From the NCBI GenBank assembly GCA_964106645.2, contig OZ067045.1: a stretch of 64,000 nt of DNA. One strand, 5' to 3'. Made by a program: the position numbers and the translations under genes. Source of the stretch: Podarcis pityusensis. Its lineage: Eukaryota. The notes below the pieces were generated by a model that worked only from the letters and a program-made list of their open reading frames with translations, had not been told where the DNA came from and made no database searches. Of this stretch, positions 27,418-35,339 are shown in pieces; position 1 is the first letter of the stretch, and every line of letters begins with the position of its first letter.

Positions 27418-30400
27418 ATGGCTGCCCTGTGCCTTTAACACCAGCTGAATCTGTAGAAACAAGCAAGTGAAACTTTTCATATCATTGGAATAAATATGAT
27501 TTCCTGCTGAATGTCTGCATACTTGGCCCTGCCCATGACCCAGTTGAAGAGGCTAAGCTATTTATTTTTTAACTTGCTTGAATAAAAGTTGAAAAGCTGC
27601 AAATTATACAGAAGACAGTTATTTGCTTGTGGGTGTTTTTCTTCAGTGGATAAAGCTGGGGAGAAAGTGGCCTCTCTTTGTCTGCACAGCCACAGCCAAC
27701 ATTCCACATCTAGTCCCTGTGGAGCATTTAGAGGGTGAATGTGGTGACTCTCCTTCCTCTGACAGATTCCGTGTGACAGTGGATATGCTGAAGCCCGAAA
27801 GGCTGGAACTAACCACCACACTGAAGACCCTGGACTATGTGGATGTGCCTACTGCTGCCAAGAAGGACCACAAGCTCACCTTCTTCTCTTACAGGGAAGG
27901 CATGTACAGTGCCAAGGTAAATACCCAGCCCGAACACCATCCCCTTTGCCCTTCTGAGGGCGCCTGAAGTAGAATGATCCCTCCCGTTCATAGGGACCAC
28001 ATCAGTGGAGATTTAAGGACAGCCAGCTCAGCAGAGCATTTGGGGGTGCAGCTAATCCACCATCAGCCCCTTTCTGGGCTGCAGGGATTTCCATACAAGA
28101 GGCTGTTCTGCAGGGTTTTTTTAGGCATTTTGTATCAAATGTGTGAAGGGCAGCTCACATGGTGCCCCCAGGTGTTGTGGACCATTTATTGTTTTATTTA
28201 TTACATTTATACCCTGCCCTTCCTTCCAAAGAGTGCCAAACAGCTGTAGCTTCCAGTATATCTGACTGCTGGCTTTGCTGTCTAGGGCTGATGAGTGTTG
28301 TGTTCCAAAACATCTAGAGGGTACCACATTGGTTATCCCTGGTGCACAGCTGAAAAGGAAAAAGTTTCCGATATCAAATGCTTTGGAATCATTTTCCCTC
28401 AGGCTCTACATCTGCTGTCTTGTGTGGGCTGAGAATTCATTGCCATCCTTTCCAGTCACCTGACCATTTTGCATTTCTCCTTTTCTGAGAGCAGCCCAGC
28501 CACTGCTGGCAAGAACTGCAATTCATCATAGTTTCAGTGATGCTGAGCTCCAACACTAGTTCAGTTGCCCTGCACTAGGCAGTCTGAATGCTCAGTGCTT
28601 CTGGAAAAAGCAAGGGTGCTCAGTTTTGTGCAGTGTTTTGGTAAAAGGTGGGTAGGATAAAGCTGACCTGAATGGATTTCCATCCTTCAATGGAGTCACC
28701 ACCATGGCAGCTCCTGACCCTGACACTTCCTTACCTCTGCAGGTGACCTTCCGCAATGAAACGACTCAGGAGTTCCTGTTCTATTTGGTGACTTTTAAGG
28801 TCATCCCATGTGGCCCACTTGGCACCATTGAGCTGATGACCCCTGTGCGGCAAAGCACCTCATCTTCTGTGAAGGTTGAAAACCCTCTCCATGTCCCAGT
28901 GACCTTCAACACTGACTGCAAAGTGCCAGACATCAACATTCCCCCCCAGTTCATTGTCCCAGCTCAGTCGGAGGTATGACTTTGCCTTTGAAGTGGCCAA
29001 GAGCCTGGTCTTGCAACTGCCTCAGCCAGCAATGGCCAAGACGGCTCTGCTGTCATTCGGCAGTCAGCAGAACTACATCTGGGTGATTGTTTCCTTTCCC
29101 TAAAATGTTTTGGTTCCACTTTGTATGTAAATATAATAATATAATAGTAAATCTGGATTTCCCACCTGCTGCAGTCTGGCCTGGAGCCTGGCTCAGACCT
29201 GACACAATCCCTGGGATAACTTTAGTCCTTCCCTTAAGTTGCTGAAGGAACAAATCTTCTCACCCTCATACGTCCTTCTTCACTGATGAATCCAGGATTT
29301 CTTTCTCTTTTTCCATTTCTCTCCTGCTCCCTCACACACCCTCTTTTTCCTCCCACTGTTTCCTTATGGCAGGCCTCTAAAAAACCCTTTCACCTTCCCT
29401 CCGGCGTTCTCCTGTGGAGATGCTCCCTCCTTCCCCATGTGTGCATTCTGCCTGCAGGAAGGACTGGTTGACTTTCTTTTCACATTTTGAAAGCAGAAGG
29501 GGAGGCAATTCACGAGTTACTGTCAGATGAAAACAAGCTCCTCACAGGAAGGGAAATGTCACTGCTGCTTCTGCTGCTGCTTCCAACACCTCCAAGGTGT
29601 GGAACGCCCTCCTGTCCCCTGCCCCTCCCAGAGTCATCAGGCAGCCAGGACCCTTGGCATTGGTCTGGCTGTCACTGGCTAGATTGTCAAAAGGGATTTA
29701 CTAGGATTGTTCAACAGTCCATACTGTTCTGTAGAACAGAAAGTGACCCAGCCCAACTGAAAATGGGAACATTTGGCCTCTAGAGATGTGATTTCTCTAT
29801 TATCACCTTACCCTCCAAGGAGCCTAGGGTGGTATACATGGTTCTCCCCCTCATTTAATCCCCACAATAACTATTTGAGGTAGGTTAGACTGAGAGACTG
29901 TGAGTGGCCCAAGGCCACTCAGTGAGTTTCATGGCCAAGTGGGGAGACCTGCTCTCTCCCAGGTCCTAGTCTGACACTTTTAACCACTATGCCATACTAA
30001 CTCTCTAGCTCTCTATGCCTGCCTATTCTCTTGCCCATTCCTTGCCTGCCTTCCATGCTGCCCTCCCAGCCTGCCACCCTCATCAACTTGCCTGCTGCTC
30101 AGCTGTCTCCAGGTTGACCCACTGGCTGTGGCGCCTCTATCCCAACCCTGCTCTTGAACCTGCCAGAATTTGCTCTTCCACATGCTCTCCCTTCTCTGCT
30201 GCTGCCCAGTGTTGGCCATGGATGCTGAACATTCATTCTTGCAGAGAAAGGGAGTTGGGTGGAGCCAGTCAGTCAGTGACTGTCAAATCCCCCTCCACGT
30301 CTTGACCGGTTGCTTGTTCTGCCCCCTCCCCTCTTTTCTCAGGGGGTGCTTGTGTTTGAGTTCCAACCAATGAGGCCTGGAGAAGTTACTGGGCGCCTCT

Positions 30401-32695
30401 CCCTCTATAGCAATGAGCTGGGCTCCTTCCAGTACGACTTGATCCTGAAAGCCACCCCAGCCCGGCCAGAGAAAGCCCTCTCCTTCTGCGCCATGCTGGG
30501 CAGCAGCCAGATCGTCTTTGCCAAGTTTGTCAACTACACCCGTCAGAAGACCGAGTACACCACCAAGGTGATTCCAGTTGCCGTGATGCCACTTCTGATC
30601 CAAGTTGACAGACACAGAGCTTTCACCCACGGTAGCCTTTGCTTGTAGGCAAATCAACTTTCCCATCATCCTGCTCCACTAGCTTATGATACTGCCACAC
30701 CTTTGTGGCATTGTAGCTCTTGCTACAGGCCCTGCAGAAGCAAAATGCTTCCTCCCACCCCATCTTGGCCACAGTGCCAACAAGCTTCTCTTCCCAACTA
30801 GCTGGAAAGCATGTGAACATCCCTCTGGAGCTGCTTTCTGCTGAGTCAGTCCTGTTAACACCTGCTTTTGCAGGCAGAGAAAGGTATTTCCCAGCCTGGG
30901 ACTGAAGCAGGGACCACGTGCATATCTTACTTTATGATGTTTATACCCTGCCTTCCTCCAAGCAGCTCAAGGTAGCATACACGGTTCTTTCCCATCCCAT
31001 TCCAACAATCCTACTTGTGAGAGGCAGTGACTAGCTGAGTGGGGGTTTGAAGTGAGATTCTCAAGTCTCTTTGACTCTTTGCAAAGCATTTGCTCTGCTG
31101 TCCTGAGCTGTGACCCTCCTGTTGCGTGTGCCACCCACTTCCAGCAGACAGTGGCAAGGGTGGGGAAGGGCTGTTAAATTTATCTGGACTTTGGCTATGA
31201 CACAGCTGAAATCTGTGCTAGCTGGTTGTGGGTCCCTCTCCCTGCTCAATAGGTTTAACCCAGACTGACTTGAGCAGTCAAATGGTTGTTTATGTGTGTG
31301 ACTGGGATGAGGTGAGGAGTTCTCCACGAGGAAACTTTGACTTTCCTTTGCAGAAGATGCAAGGAGTTCTATCAGTCTCCCCCTTGCTGCCAAGCAAATG
31401 AAAATTGCAGAGGAAGTGAAAAAAGTTTGAGGCAGCACAAAGGCAAGGGTGGATGTGACAATGCAGTGCAGTGCAAATTTGCAACTGAGAAAGCAAGAGG
31501 CCTCTGGTCTTGAAACAAAAAATGGCAGAAAGCCTGGCTGCCCACCTGCTGTGGTACATTACTGCCTTTCCTGATGTTGCACATGAAGCCTCATCACTTT
31601 TGAGAGTCCATCCTACACTTCAGGCTGTGTCATTTAGGCCAAACTACTGTGGAGAACCTACTCACCTTTTGGGTTCTGACATATATCTCATCCTCCAGGA
31701 TATTATAAATAAAAATAGCTGCTGCCAGGCTCCAGATTGTTTCCTTCTGTGCCCAAGTTGGGATTCTTCTCACAAGGAAGGATTCTGGGTAAAAGGAGAT
31801 CTGCCTTATGATGCCTGTGTTAGTTTTCAGAGGCTGCCAGGGTGAAATGCCTCTAGGTGCATGGGACCTACCCCCGCCTCTATCCCTCCCTCCCCTCTCC
31901 AGGGAGACTCCTTGTTTTCAGAACACACCAGTACAATGGGTTGTGCTCTTCTGTCTGGGGTTAGTGGCTGATTGCTTCATTGCTCCAAAGGACAAAGGCA
32001 TTGCAGGAGGAGTTTTGCCAGGGAGAGGAAGCAGTAACTGAGCCTGAGCACAACAATAATGCAACCCAGTTTGTTTGTTCTGTTTTACTGGAGTTTGTTC
32101 TGACCCTCTGGACAAGACTTGAGTCAATAAGAAATGTTACGTTTGTCTGCTCTGTGGTACAACTGCAGCCACCAGACCAACCAGACTGTGATTTCTCTCT
32201 TTCCAGCTTGACTGCCCTGACTTCCACGTGGATAAAGTCATCAATGCACCTGCAGGATCTCTAGGAGGCACTGAGGTCAGCGTGGAAGTAATCTTTGAGC
32301 CATGCCAGTTGGGTGAATGCAAGGGAACACTTGTCCTTTCCTCAGCCATAGGAGGTGACTACGTCATCCCTCTCAGTGGCACATCAATCCCTCCTAAACC
32401 ACAGGGGCCTATTCAGATCAGGGCTGGCACCAGCACATCCATTCCCTTTAAGAATGTCTTCCTGCATCCCATGGCTTTCTCCTACATTGTGGAGAATTCT
32501 GCCTTCACTGTGAAGGCCACTGAGACTATTAAGGCTAAGAAATCAGCTACCATCCTAGTTTCCTTTGAAGGGAACCCAAGCGGCACCAAAGCCGCTGTCA
32601 CCAGCAAGCTGGTTGTCTCTTGTCCTCGTGCAGCTGGGCTGGGCTCAGGCGTCTCCTGGGTTTATTATCTAAAGGGTATCACACCTGAGAAATGA
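1..32695 (+). CDS. HYDIN: HYDIN, 3' portion (29 exons in window, 5' incomplete): join(<1..106,1112..1316,1566..1801,2970..3121,3220..3409,4458..4569,4832..5083,7244..7386,7794..8012,8875..9035,9313..9437,10413..10638,11409..11621,12759..12894,13904..14069,14561..14708,15722..15929,17425..17646,17865..18034,19597..19795,20805..20963,22809..23089,23787..24006,25179..25391,26134..26297,27766..27916,28743..28973,30343..30567,32207..32695)
   Basis: Spliced translation is colinear with the vertebrate HYDIN C-terminal ASH/Ig-like repeats as recalled (e.g. [51 protein letters not shown]). All introns are GT-AG, phases are compatible, and there are no internal stops. Confidence 0.96.
1112..1316 (+). 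CDS. HYDIN: HYDIN exon w2
   Basis: [29 protein letters not shown]...[10 protein letters not shown]; AG/GT boundaries. Confidence 0.93.
1566..1801 (+). CDS. HYDIN: HYDIN exon w3
   Basis: [16 protein letters not shown]...[13 protein letters not shown]...SISSK. Confidence 0.93.
2433..2867 (+). mobile_element. L2 LINE 3' fragment (degraded) with (AAT)n(ATT)n tail
   Basis: Homologous to 33275-33703; [21 protein letters not shown]-like remnant; 3' hairpin GGCTGGG-AAAA-CCCAGCC. Confidence 0.85.
2970..3121 (+). CDS. HYDIN: HYDIN exon w4
   Basis: [25 protein letters not shown]...QNYQCIFEA. Confidence 0.92.
3220..3409 (+). CDS. HYDIN: HYDIN exon w5
   Basis: [21 protein letters not shown]...[14 protein letters not shown]; follows a 98-bp intron. 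Confidence 0.93.
4458..4569 (+). CDS. HYDIN: HYDIN exon w6
   Basis: [25 protein letters not shown]; phases 0 to 1. Confidence 0.9.
4832..5083 (+). CDS. HYDIN: HYDIN exon w7
   Basis: [22 protein letters not shown]...[25 protein letters not shown]. Confidence 0.93.
5404..5837. mobile_element. Solo LTR (434 bp; Gypsy/ERV-like)
   Basis: TG...CA termini (TGTAGTGG / CCCTGACA); perfect 5-bp TSD CATAA at 5399-5403 and 5838-5842; CpG-rich. Confidence 0.85.
5890..6755 (-). mobile_element. L1-clade LINE 3' fragment (ORF2 C-terminus), interrupted by a MITE
   Basis: Minus-strand remnants [34 protein letters not shown] (Cys-rich knuckle) and [13 protein letters not shown]...YYDIWKPL*; AT-rich 3' UTR. 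Confidence 0.8.
6213..6389. mobile_element. hAT-type MITE, 177 bp
   Basis: TIRs CAGTGGCGGAG / CTCTGCCACTG; perfect 8-bp TSD GGTTCCAG (6205-6212, 6390-6397). Confidence 0.9.
7244..7386 (+). CDS. HYDIN: HYDIN exon w8
   Basis: [18 protein letters not shown]...[15 protein letters not shown]. Confidence 0.92.
7794..8012 (+). CDS. HYDIN: HYDIN exon w9
   Basis: [18 protein letters not shown]...[22 protein letters not shown]. Confidence 0.94.
8640..8803 (+). mobile_element. CR1-type 3' UTR remnant
   Basis: Similar to 43780-43915; ends in a TTCTTACGTTCTTA tail. Confidence 0.6.
8875..9035 (+). CDS. HYDIN: HYDIN exon w10
   Basis: [15 protein letters not shown]...[12 protein letters not shown]. Confidence 0.93.
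9313..9437 (+). CDS. HYDIN: HYDIN exon w11
   Basis: [29 protein letters not shown]. Confidence 0.9.
10413..10638 (+). CDS. HYDIN: HYDIN exon w12
   Basis: ...[37 protein letters not shown]; an in-frame alternative acceptor lies 21 nt upstream (10392). Confidence 0.87.
11409..11621 (+). CDS. HYDIN: HYDIN exon w13
   Basis: [13 protein letters not shown]...[14 protein letters not shown]...[11 protein letters not shown]. Confidence 0.93.
12759..12894 (+). CDS. HYDIN: HYDIN exon w14
   Basis: [16 protein letters not shown]...PEKKVE. Confidence 0.92.
13904..14069 (+). CDS. HYDIN: HYDIN exon w15
   Basis: [34 protein letters not shown]...[10 protein letters not shown]. Confidence 0.94.
14561..14708 (+). 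CDS. HYDIN: HYDIN exon w16
   Basis: [21 protein letters not shown]...[10 protein letters not shown]. Confidence 0.92.
14786..15399 (-). mobile_element. Young 5'-truncated CR1 LINE
   Basis: Intact ORF2 C-terminus [25 protein letters not shown]...RRLRGDMI; (ATTCTATG)n tail; candidate TSD GATTG. Confidence 0.95.
15722..15929 (+). CDS. HYDIN: HYDIN exon w17
   Basis: [23 protein letters not shown]...ISFQE. Confidence 0.93.
16370..17335 (+). mobile_element. L2 LINE internal reverse-transcriptase fragment (degraded)
   Basis: PWYTTELR...[63 protein letters not shown]; contains stops and frameshifts. Confidence 0.9.
17425..17646 (+). CDS. HYDIN: HYDIN exon w18
   Basis: [23 protein letters not shown]...LKDVELKLQ. 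Confidence 0.93.
17865..18034 (+). CDS. HYDIN: HYDIN exon w19
   Basis: [23 protein letters not shown]...[11 protein letters not shown]. Confidence 0.93.
19597..19795 (+). CDS. HYDIN: HYDIN exon w20
   Basis: [13 protein letters not shown]...[10 protein letters not shown]...FEING...GKGIEMK. Confidence 0.93.
20805..20963 (+). CDS. HYDIN: HYDIN exon w21
   Basis: [24 protein letters not shown]...ELQEQK. Confidence 0.92.
22088..22240. mobile_element. Penelope-like element terminal-repeat remnant
   Basis: GGGTAGCCATGCTAG...AAGACTGACACATTTATT...ACTACAGTCCACTTCATCAGATG resembles the reptilian Penelope repeat as recalled. Confidence 0.55.
22809..23089 (+). CDS. HYDIN: HYDIN exon w22
   Basis: [16 protein letters not shown]...[13 protein letters not shown]...NTGDIGV. 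Confidence 0.93.
23787..24006 (+). CDS. HYDIN: HYDIN exon w23
   Basis: [24 protein letters not shown]...CVGVPQVKE; acceptor GAAAAG. Confidence 0.92.
24392..24509. mobile_element. Palindromic hAT-like MITE
   Basis: CCCTCCAGATGTTTTGGGAATACAATTCCCATCA pairs with TGATGGGAGTTGTAGTCCCAAAACATCTGGAGGG; related copies near 24712-24850, 28205-28341 and 58385-58510. Confidence 0.75.
25179..25391 (+). CDS. HYDIN: HYDIN exon w24
   Basis: [24 protein letters not shown]...[13 protein letters not shown]. Confidence 0.94.
25590..25730 (-). mobile_element. MIR/Squam3-like SINE
   Basis: CCAAGGAGCTCAAGG...ATTTAATCCTC...GACTGGCCTAAGGTCACCCAG; related copies at about 29805-30000 (-), 30930-31060 (-) and 58515-58690 (+). 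Confidence 0.65.
26134..26297 (+). CDS. HYDIN: HYDIN exon w25
   Basis: [19 protein letters not shown]...[23 protein letters not shown]. Confidence 0.94.
27379..27418. repeat. (TAG)n microsatellite
   Basis: About 12 tandem TAG units. Confidence 0.9.
27766..27916 (+). CDS. HYDIN: HYDIN exon w26
   Basis: [11 protein letters not shown]...LDYVDV...[12 protein letters not shown]. Confidence 0.93.
28743..28973 (+). CDS. HYDIN: HYDIN exon w27
   Basis: [14 protein letters not shown]...TPVRQ...ENPL...QFIVPAQSE. Confidence 0.94.
29805..30000 (-). mobile_element. MIR/Squam3-like SINE
   Basis: Same family as 25590-25730; includes the tRNA-like end (TTAACCACTATGCCATACT). Confidence 0.65.
30343..30567 (+). 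CDS. HYDIN: HYDIN exon w28
   Basis: [19 protein letters not shown]...[10 protein letters not shown]...[11 protein letters not shown]. Confidence 0.94.
32207..32695 (+). CDS. HYDIN: HYDIN terminal coding exon
   Basis: [15 protein letters not shown]...PPKPQGP...IPFKNVF...[12 protein letters not shown] then TGA. Confidence 0.95.
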   Translation, partial: LDCPDFHVDKVINAPAGSLGGTEVSVEVIFEPCQLGECKGTLVLSSAIGGDYVIPLSGTSIPPKPQGPIQIRAGTSTSIPFKNVFLHPMAFSYIVENSAFTVKATETIKAKKSATILVSFEGNPSGTKAAVTSKLVVSCPRAAGLGSGVSWVYYLKGITPEK

Positions 32696-33170
32696 AACTG
32701 TGGAGAGCCACTGTGTTGTCTTGTTTCATTTAAGCATTGCCATAAGGAGGGAGAGAGAGCTAGACAGTCAGCACATTGTCTTGCTTTTTGGTATTTGAGC
32801 CCCTGTGTCAAGCATCTTCCTTGCTTTTCTTAGGAGAAGGGAAAGTTGGCAATGCCTCTGTACCTTTTGGAAGGAGAGGGGAGGAAAGCCCTCTGTGATT
32901 GTCCTTGCGGCAGGCACGGAGGACAGCAGGGTGTGTTATACAGGGCTTCCACATGCAAGATTTCTGTCAGAACAAACCAAGTGTCTCCTTGTGTAAGGAG
33001 GGCAGCACACACCATACCAGGAATGTCCTTCTGCCCTTAACATTCCTCCAGTGTTCAATCTGCTGAATAAGTTAATGCAGCAGCATAAAACATCACCTGG
33101 AAATGTGCAAAATGAGATGCTGCCTTATATTCATGATAAGAATGTCTTGTTACATAAGATTTTATTTTGG

Positions 33171-33186
33171 AATAAAGGTTATTAAA
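33171..33186 (+). terminator. HYDIN polyadenylation signals (AATAAA 33171-33176, ATTAAA 33181-33186)
   Basis: First canonical hexamers, about 475 nt after the stop codon, in an AT-rich context. Confidence 0.65.
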
Positions 33187-33274
33187 CAAAACAAGAAAGT
33201 GCTTGAAAGTTTGTCAGGACAAGGCTGCGGGCAGGATTCTGGGATCTGGTAGGGAGAGAGCCATACCAAAAGCT

Positions 33275-33703
33275 TAATGGCTCCCAGTACGTTTCCGAGC
33301 ACAATTCAAAGTGCTGGTGTTGACATTTAAAGCCCTAAACGGCCTCGGCCCAGTATACCTGAAGGAGCGTCTCCACCCCCATCGTTCTGCCCGGACGCTG
33401 AGGTCCAGCGCCGAGGGCCTTCTGGCGGTTCCCTCATTGCGAGAAGCAAAGCTACAGGGAACCAGGCAGAGGGCCTTCTCGGTAGTGGCCCCTGCCCTGT
33501 GGAACGCCCTCCCATCAGATGTCAAAGCGATAAACAACTACCTGACATTCAGAAGACATCTTAAGGCAGCCCTGTTCAGGGAAGTTTTTAATGTGTGATA
33601 TTTTAGTGTATTTTTTGTTTCTATGGAAGCCGCCCAGAGTGGCTGGGGAAACCCAGCCAGATGGGCGGGGTACAAATAATAAATTATTATCATTATTATT
33701 ATT
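33275..33703 (+). mobile_element. Young L2 LINE 3' fragment between HYDIN and VAC14
   Basis: Open ORF WLPVRFRAQFKVLVLTFKALNGLGPVYLKERL...RAFSVVAPALWNALP; CpGs retained; 3' hairpin and ATT tail. Confidence 0.92.
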
Positions 33704-34988
33704 ATGTCTGCTCAGGTTGCCTGGAAACAGTTAGATGATTTGGATGGCAATAATCAGCTGTCAGTTCCCTCCATGGTAGAAAGTAGGAGAGGCAGAACAA
33801 CCATGACCTGCGACATCAGGGTTGTGCATAATGTCACATACCTGTCTGTAGACTCAGCTGTGCAAATGCGCAGGTTAGGCTGAGAGGAACAGCTGGCATC
33901 CTGAGAATCTGTTTCTGGAACTTCTGGCTGCAGAGAAACATATAAGGGCATGGGCAAAATATCCAGTGAAATATTTGACTCCAGATGGGATAACAGGACT
34001 TCTCTGGGTGATAGTGATGGAGACCAGGGCCTCCTTGCTTATGACCCAGATGCTTTCCAACAAGGTGCTATTTGCCAGCATGCCTCTCTTCAGGACTGCC
34101 CTCCCCCAGTGTTGGTTCTGACAACATACTAGGGCCAAATAGAGAAAAGTGAGCCATTTCCAGAAGCGGCTGATTCCTAATTAAGCAGCGCAATCTCTGC
34201 CACTGCTCACAATTGTGCTAGTGTCAGGCTTTCTTTTAAATAAACAGGTAGAGGGGGTTGTGCTGCCAGTCTTTCAAGTGAAACTTAGGGACATGTGGGA
34301 TAAGTATGATTTTGACTGTTTCTCACTCAACATGCCATCATTTAAGTTCCTTCAGACTGAAATGCTTTAAGCAGGGGTGGCTAATGTGGGCACTTTCCAG
34401 AAGGTGTGGGACTCAAGTCTCCTCAGCTGGATGGCTGCAGGTTCGCCACCCCTCCTTTACAGCAATGCTCAGCAACAGAGGGTTGGGGCAATGGCATTAT
34501 TTGCCAGATGGTAAAAAAAATAAAATTAAAGGGTTCCCCAAATGTCTATTTGGACGAAAGGTGGGATTCGAGTGTCAAACTGTTGAAGGCAATCACTTTA
34601 TACAGTAGAGTGAGGGAAACGGTGCTGTGGCCAATGCTGGGTCTACGAGACCCGCTGACATGAATGAAGGCGACTAACTTAAGCCATCCGTATCAGTGGG
34701 TCTATGAGCAGCATTGAGTTGGAGGCAGCCCAGAAAGGCAGGAAAATGATTTATACTAGGTCAGGCCACCAGCGAGAGCTGCTGGCCCTTGGAGGTGGGC
34801 GATCCCGCGCCACCGCCCCAGAGGGGCGTCTGCCGATCCGGATGAGGCGTCGCTCGAAGGCGCTGGGCGACAAGCCTCCCCAAGCTTCAAGGTGGACTGC
34901 GCCGCCCTGACTGCGCCTTGATCGCTGGCGACGCGCGGGAGCCGGTTCGAGGACCGCATGAACGAAGGAAAGCTGCTCAGGGGAATTT

Positions 34989-35049
34989 GTCACGTGAGAC
35001 CGCCGGGAAGGGGGGGGGGAAGCAGGAAGCACCTGACATCTCACGTGAC
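34989..35049. promoter_or_regulatory. Paired CLEAR/E-box motifs GTCACGTGAG (34989-34998) and CTCACGTGAC (35040-35049)
   Basis: Each matches the CLEAR consensus GTCACGTGAC at 9/10; also a USF-class site. Confidence 0.7.
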
Positions 35050-35054
35050 TGAAC

Positions 35055-35067
35055 CAAGATGGCCGCC
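35055..35067 (+). promoter_or_regulatory. YY1-like motif CAAGATGGCCGCC
   Basis: Matches the YY1 consensus core CAAGATGGC; such sites typically lie near the TSS of housekeeping genes. Confidence 0.6.
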
Positions 35068-35235
35068 GCCTGGTAGCCGGAGAGAGAGGGGGGAAGCGCC
35101 TCCTCCGCTACAGCAGCGCCAGTGCCTCCTTCCCGCCCACCTGCTCCTGCGCTCGGGAGCCGCTCGTCCCTTTCTCCACTCCCTCCTTCCTTCCTTCCTT
35201 CCTTGAGGCCGGGGCAAGGCGGGACGACCGGCACG

Positions 35236-35339
35236 ATGAACCCGGAGAAGGACTTCTCTCCGCTGACGCCGAGCATCGTGCGGGCCCTGAACGACAAACT
35301 CTACGAGAAGCGGAAGGTGGCGGCGCTGGAAATCGAGAA
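35236..35339 (+). CDS. VAC14: VAC14 exon 1 (coding part)
   Basis: [34 protein letters not shown]; donor AA|GTGAGC. Confidence 0.96.

Noticed and set aside
1-32695. Possible HYDIN pseudogenisation suggested by the fragmented ORF track
   Set aside because: All 29 exons splice in frame with GT-AG boundaries and no stops; the fragmentation is just introns
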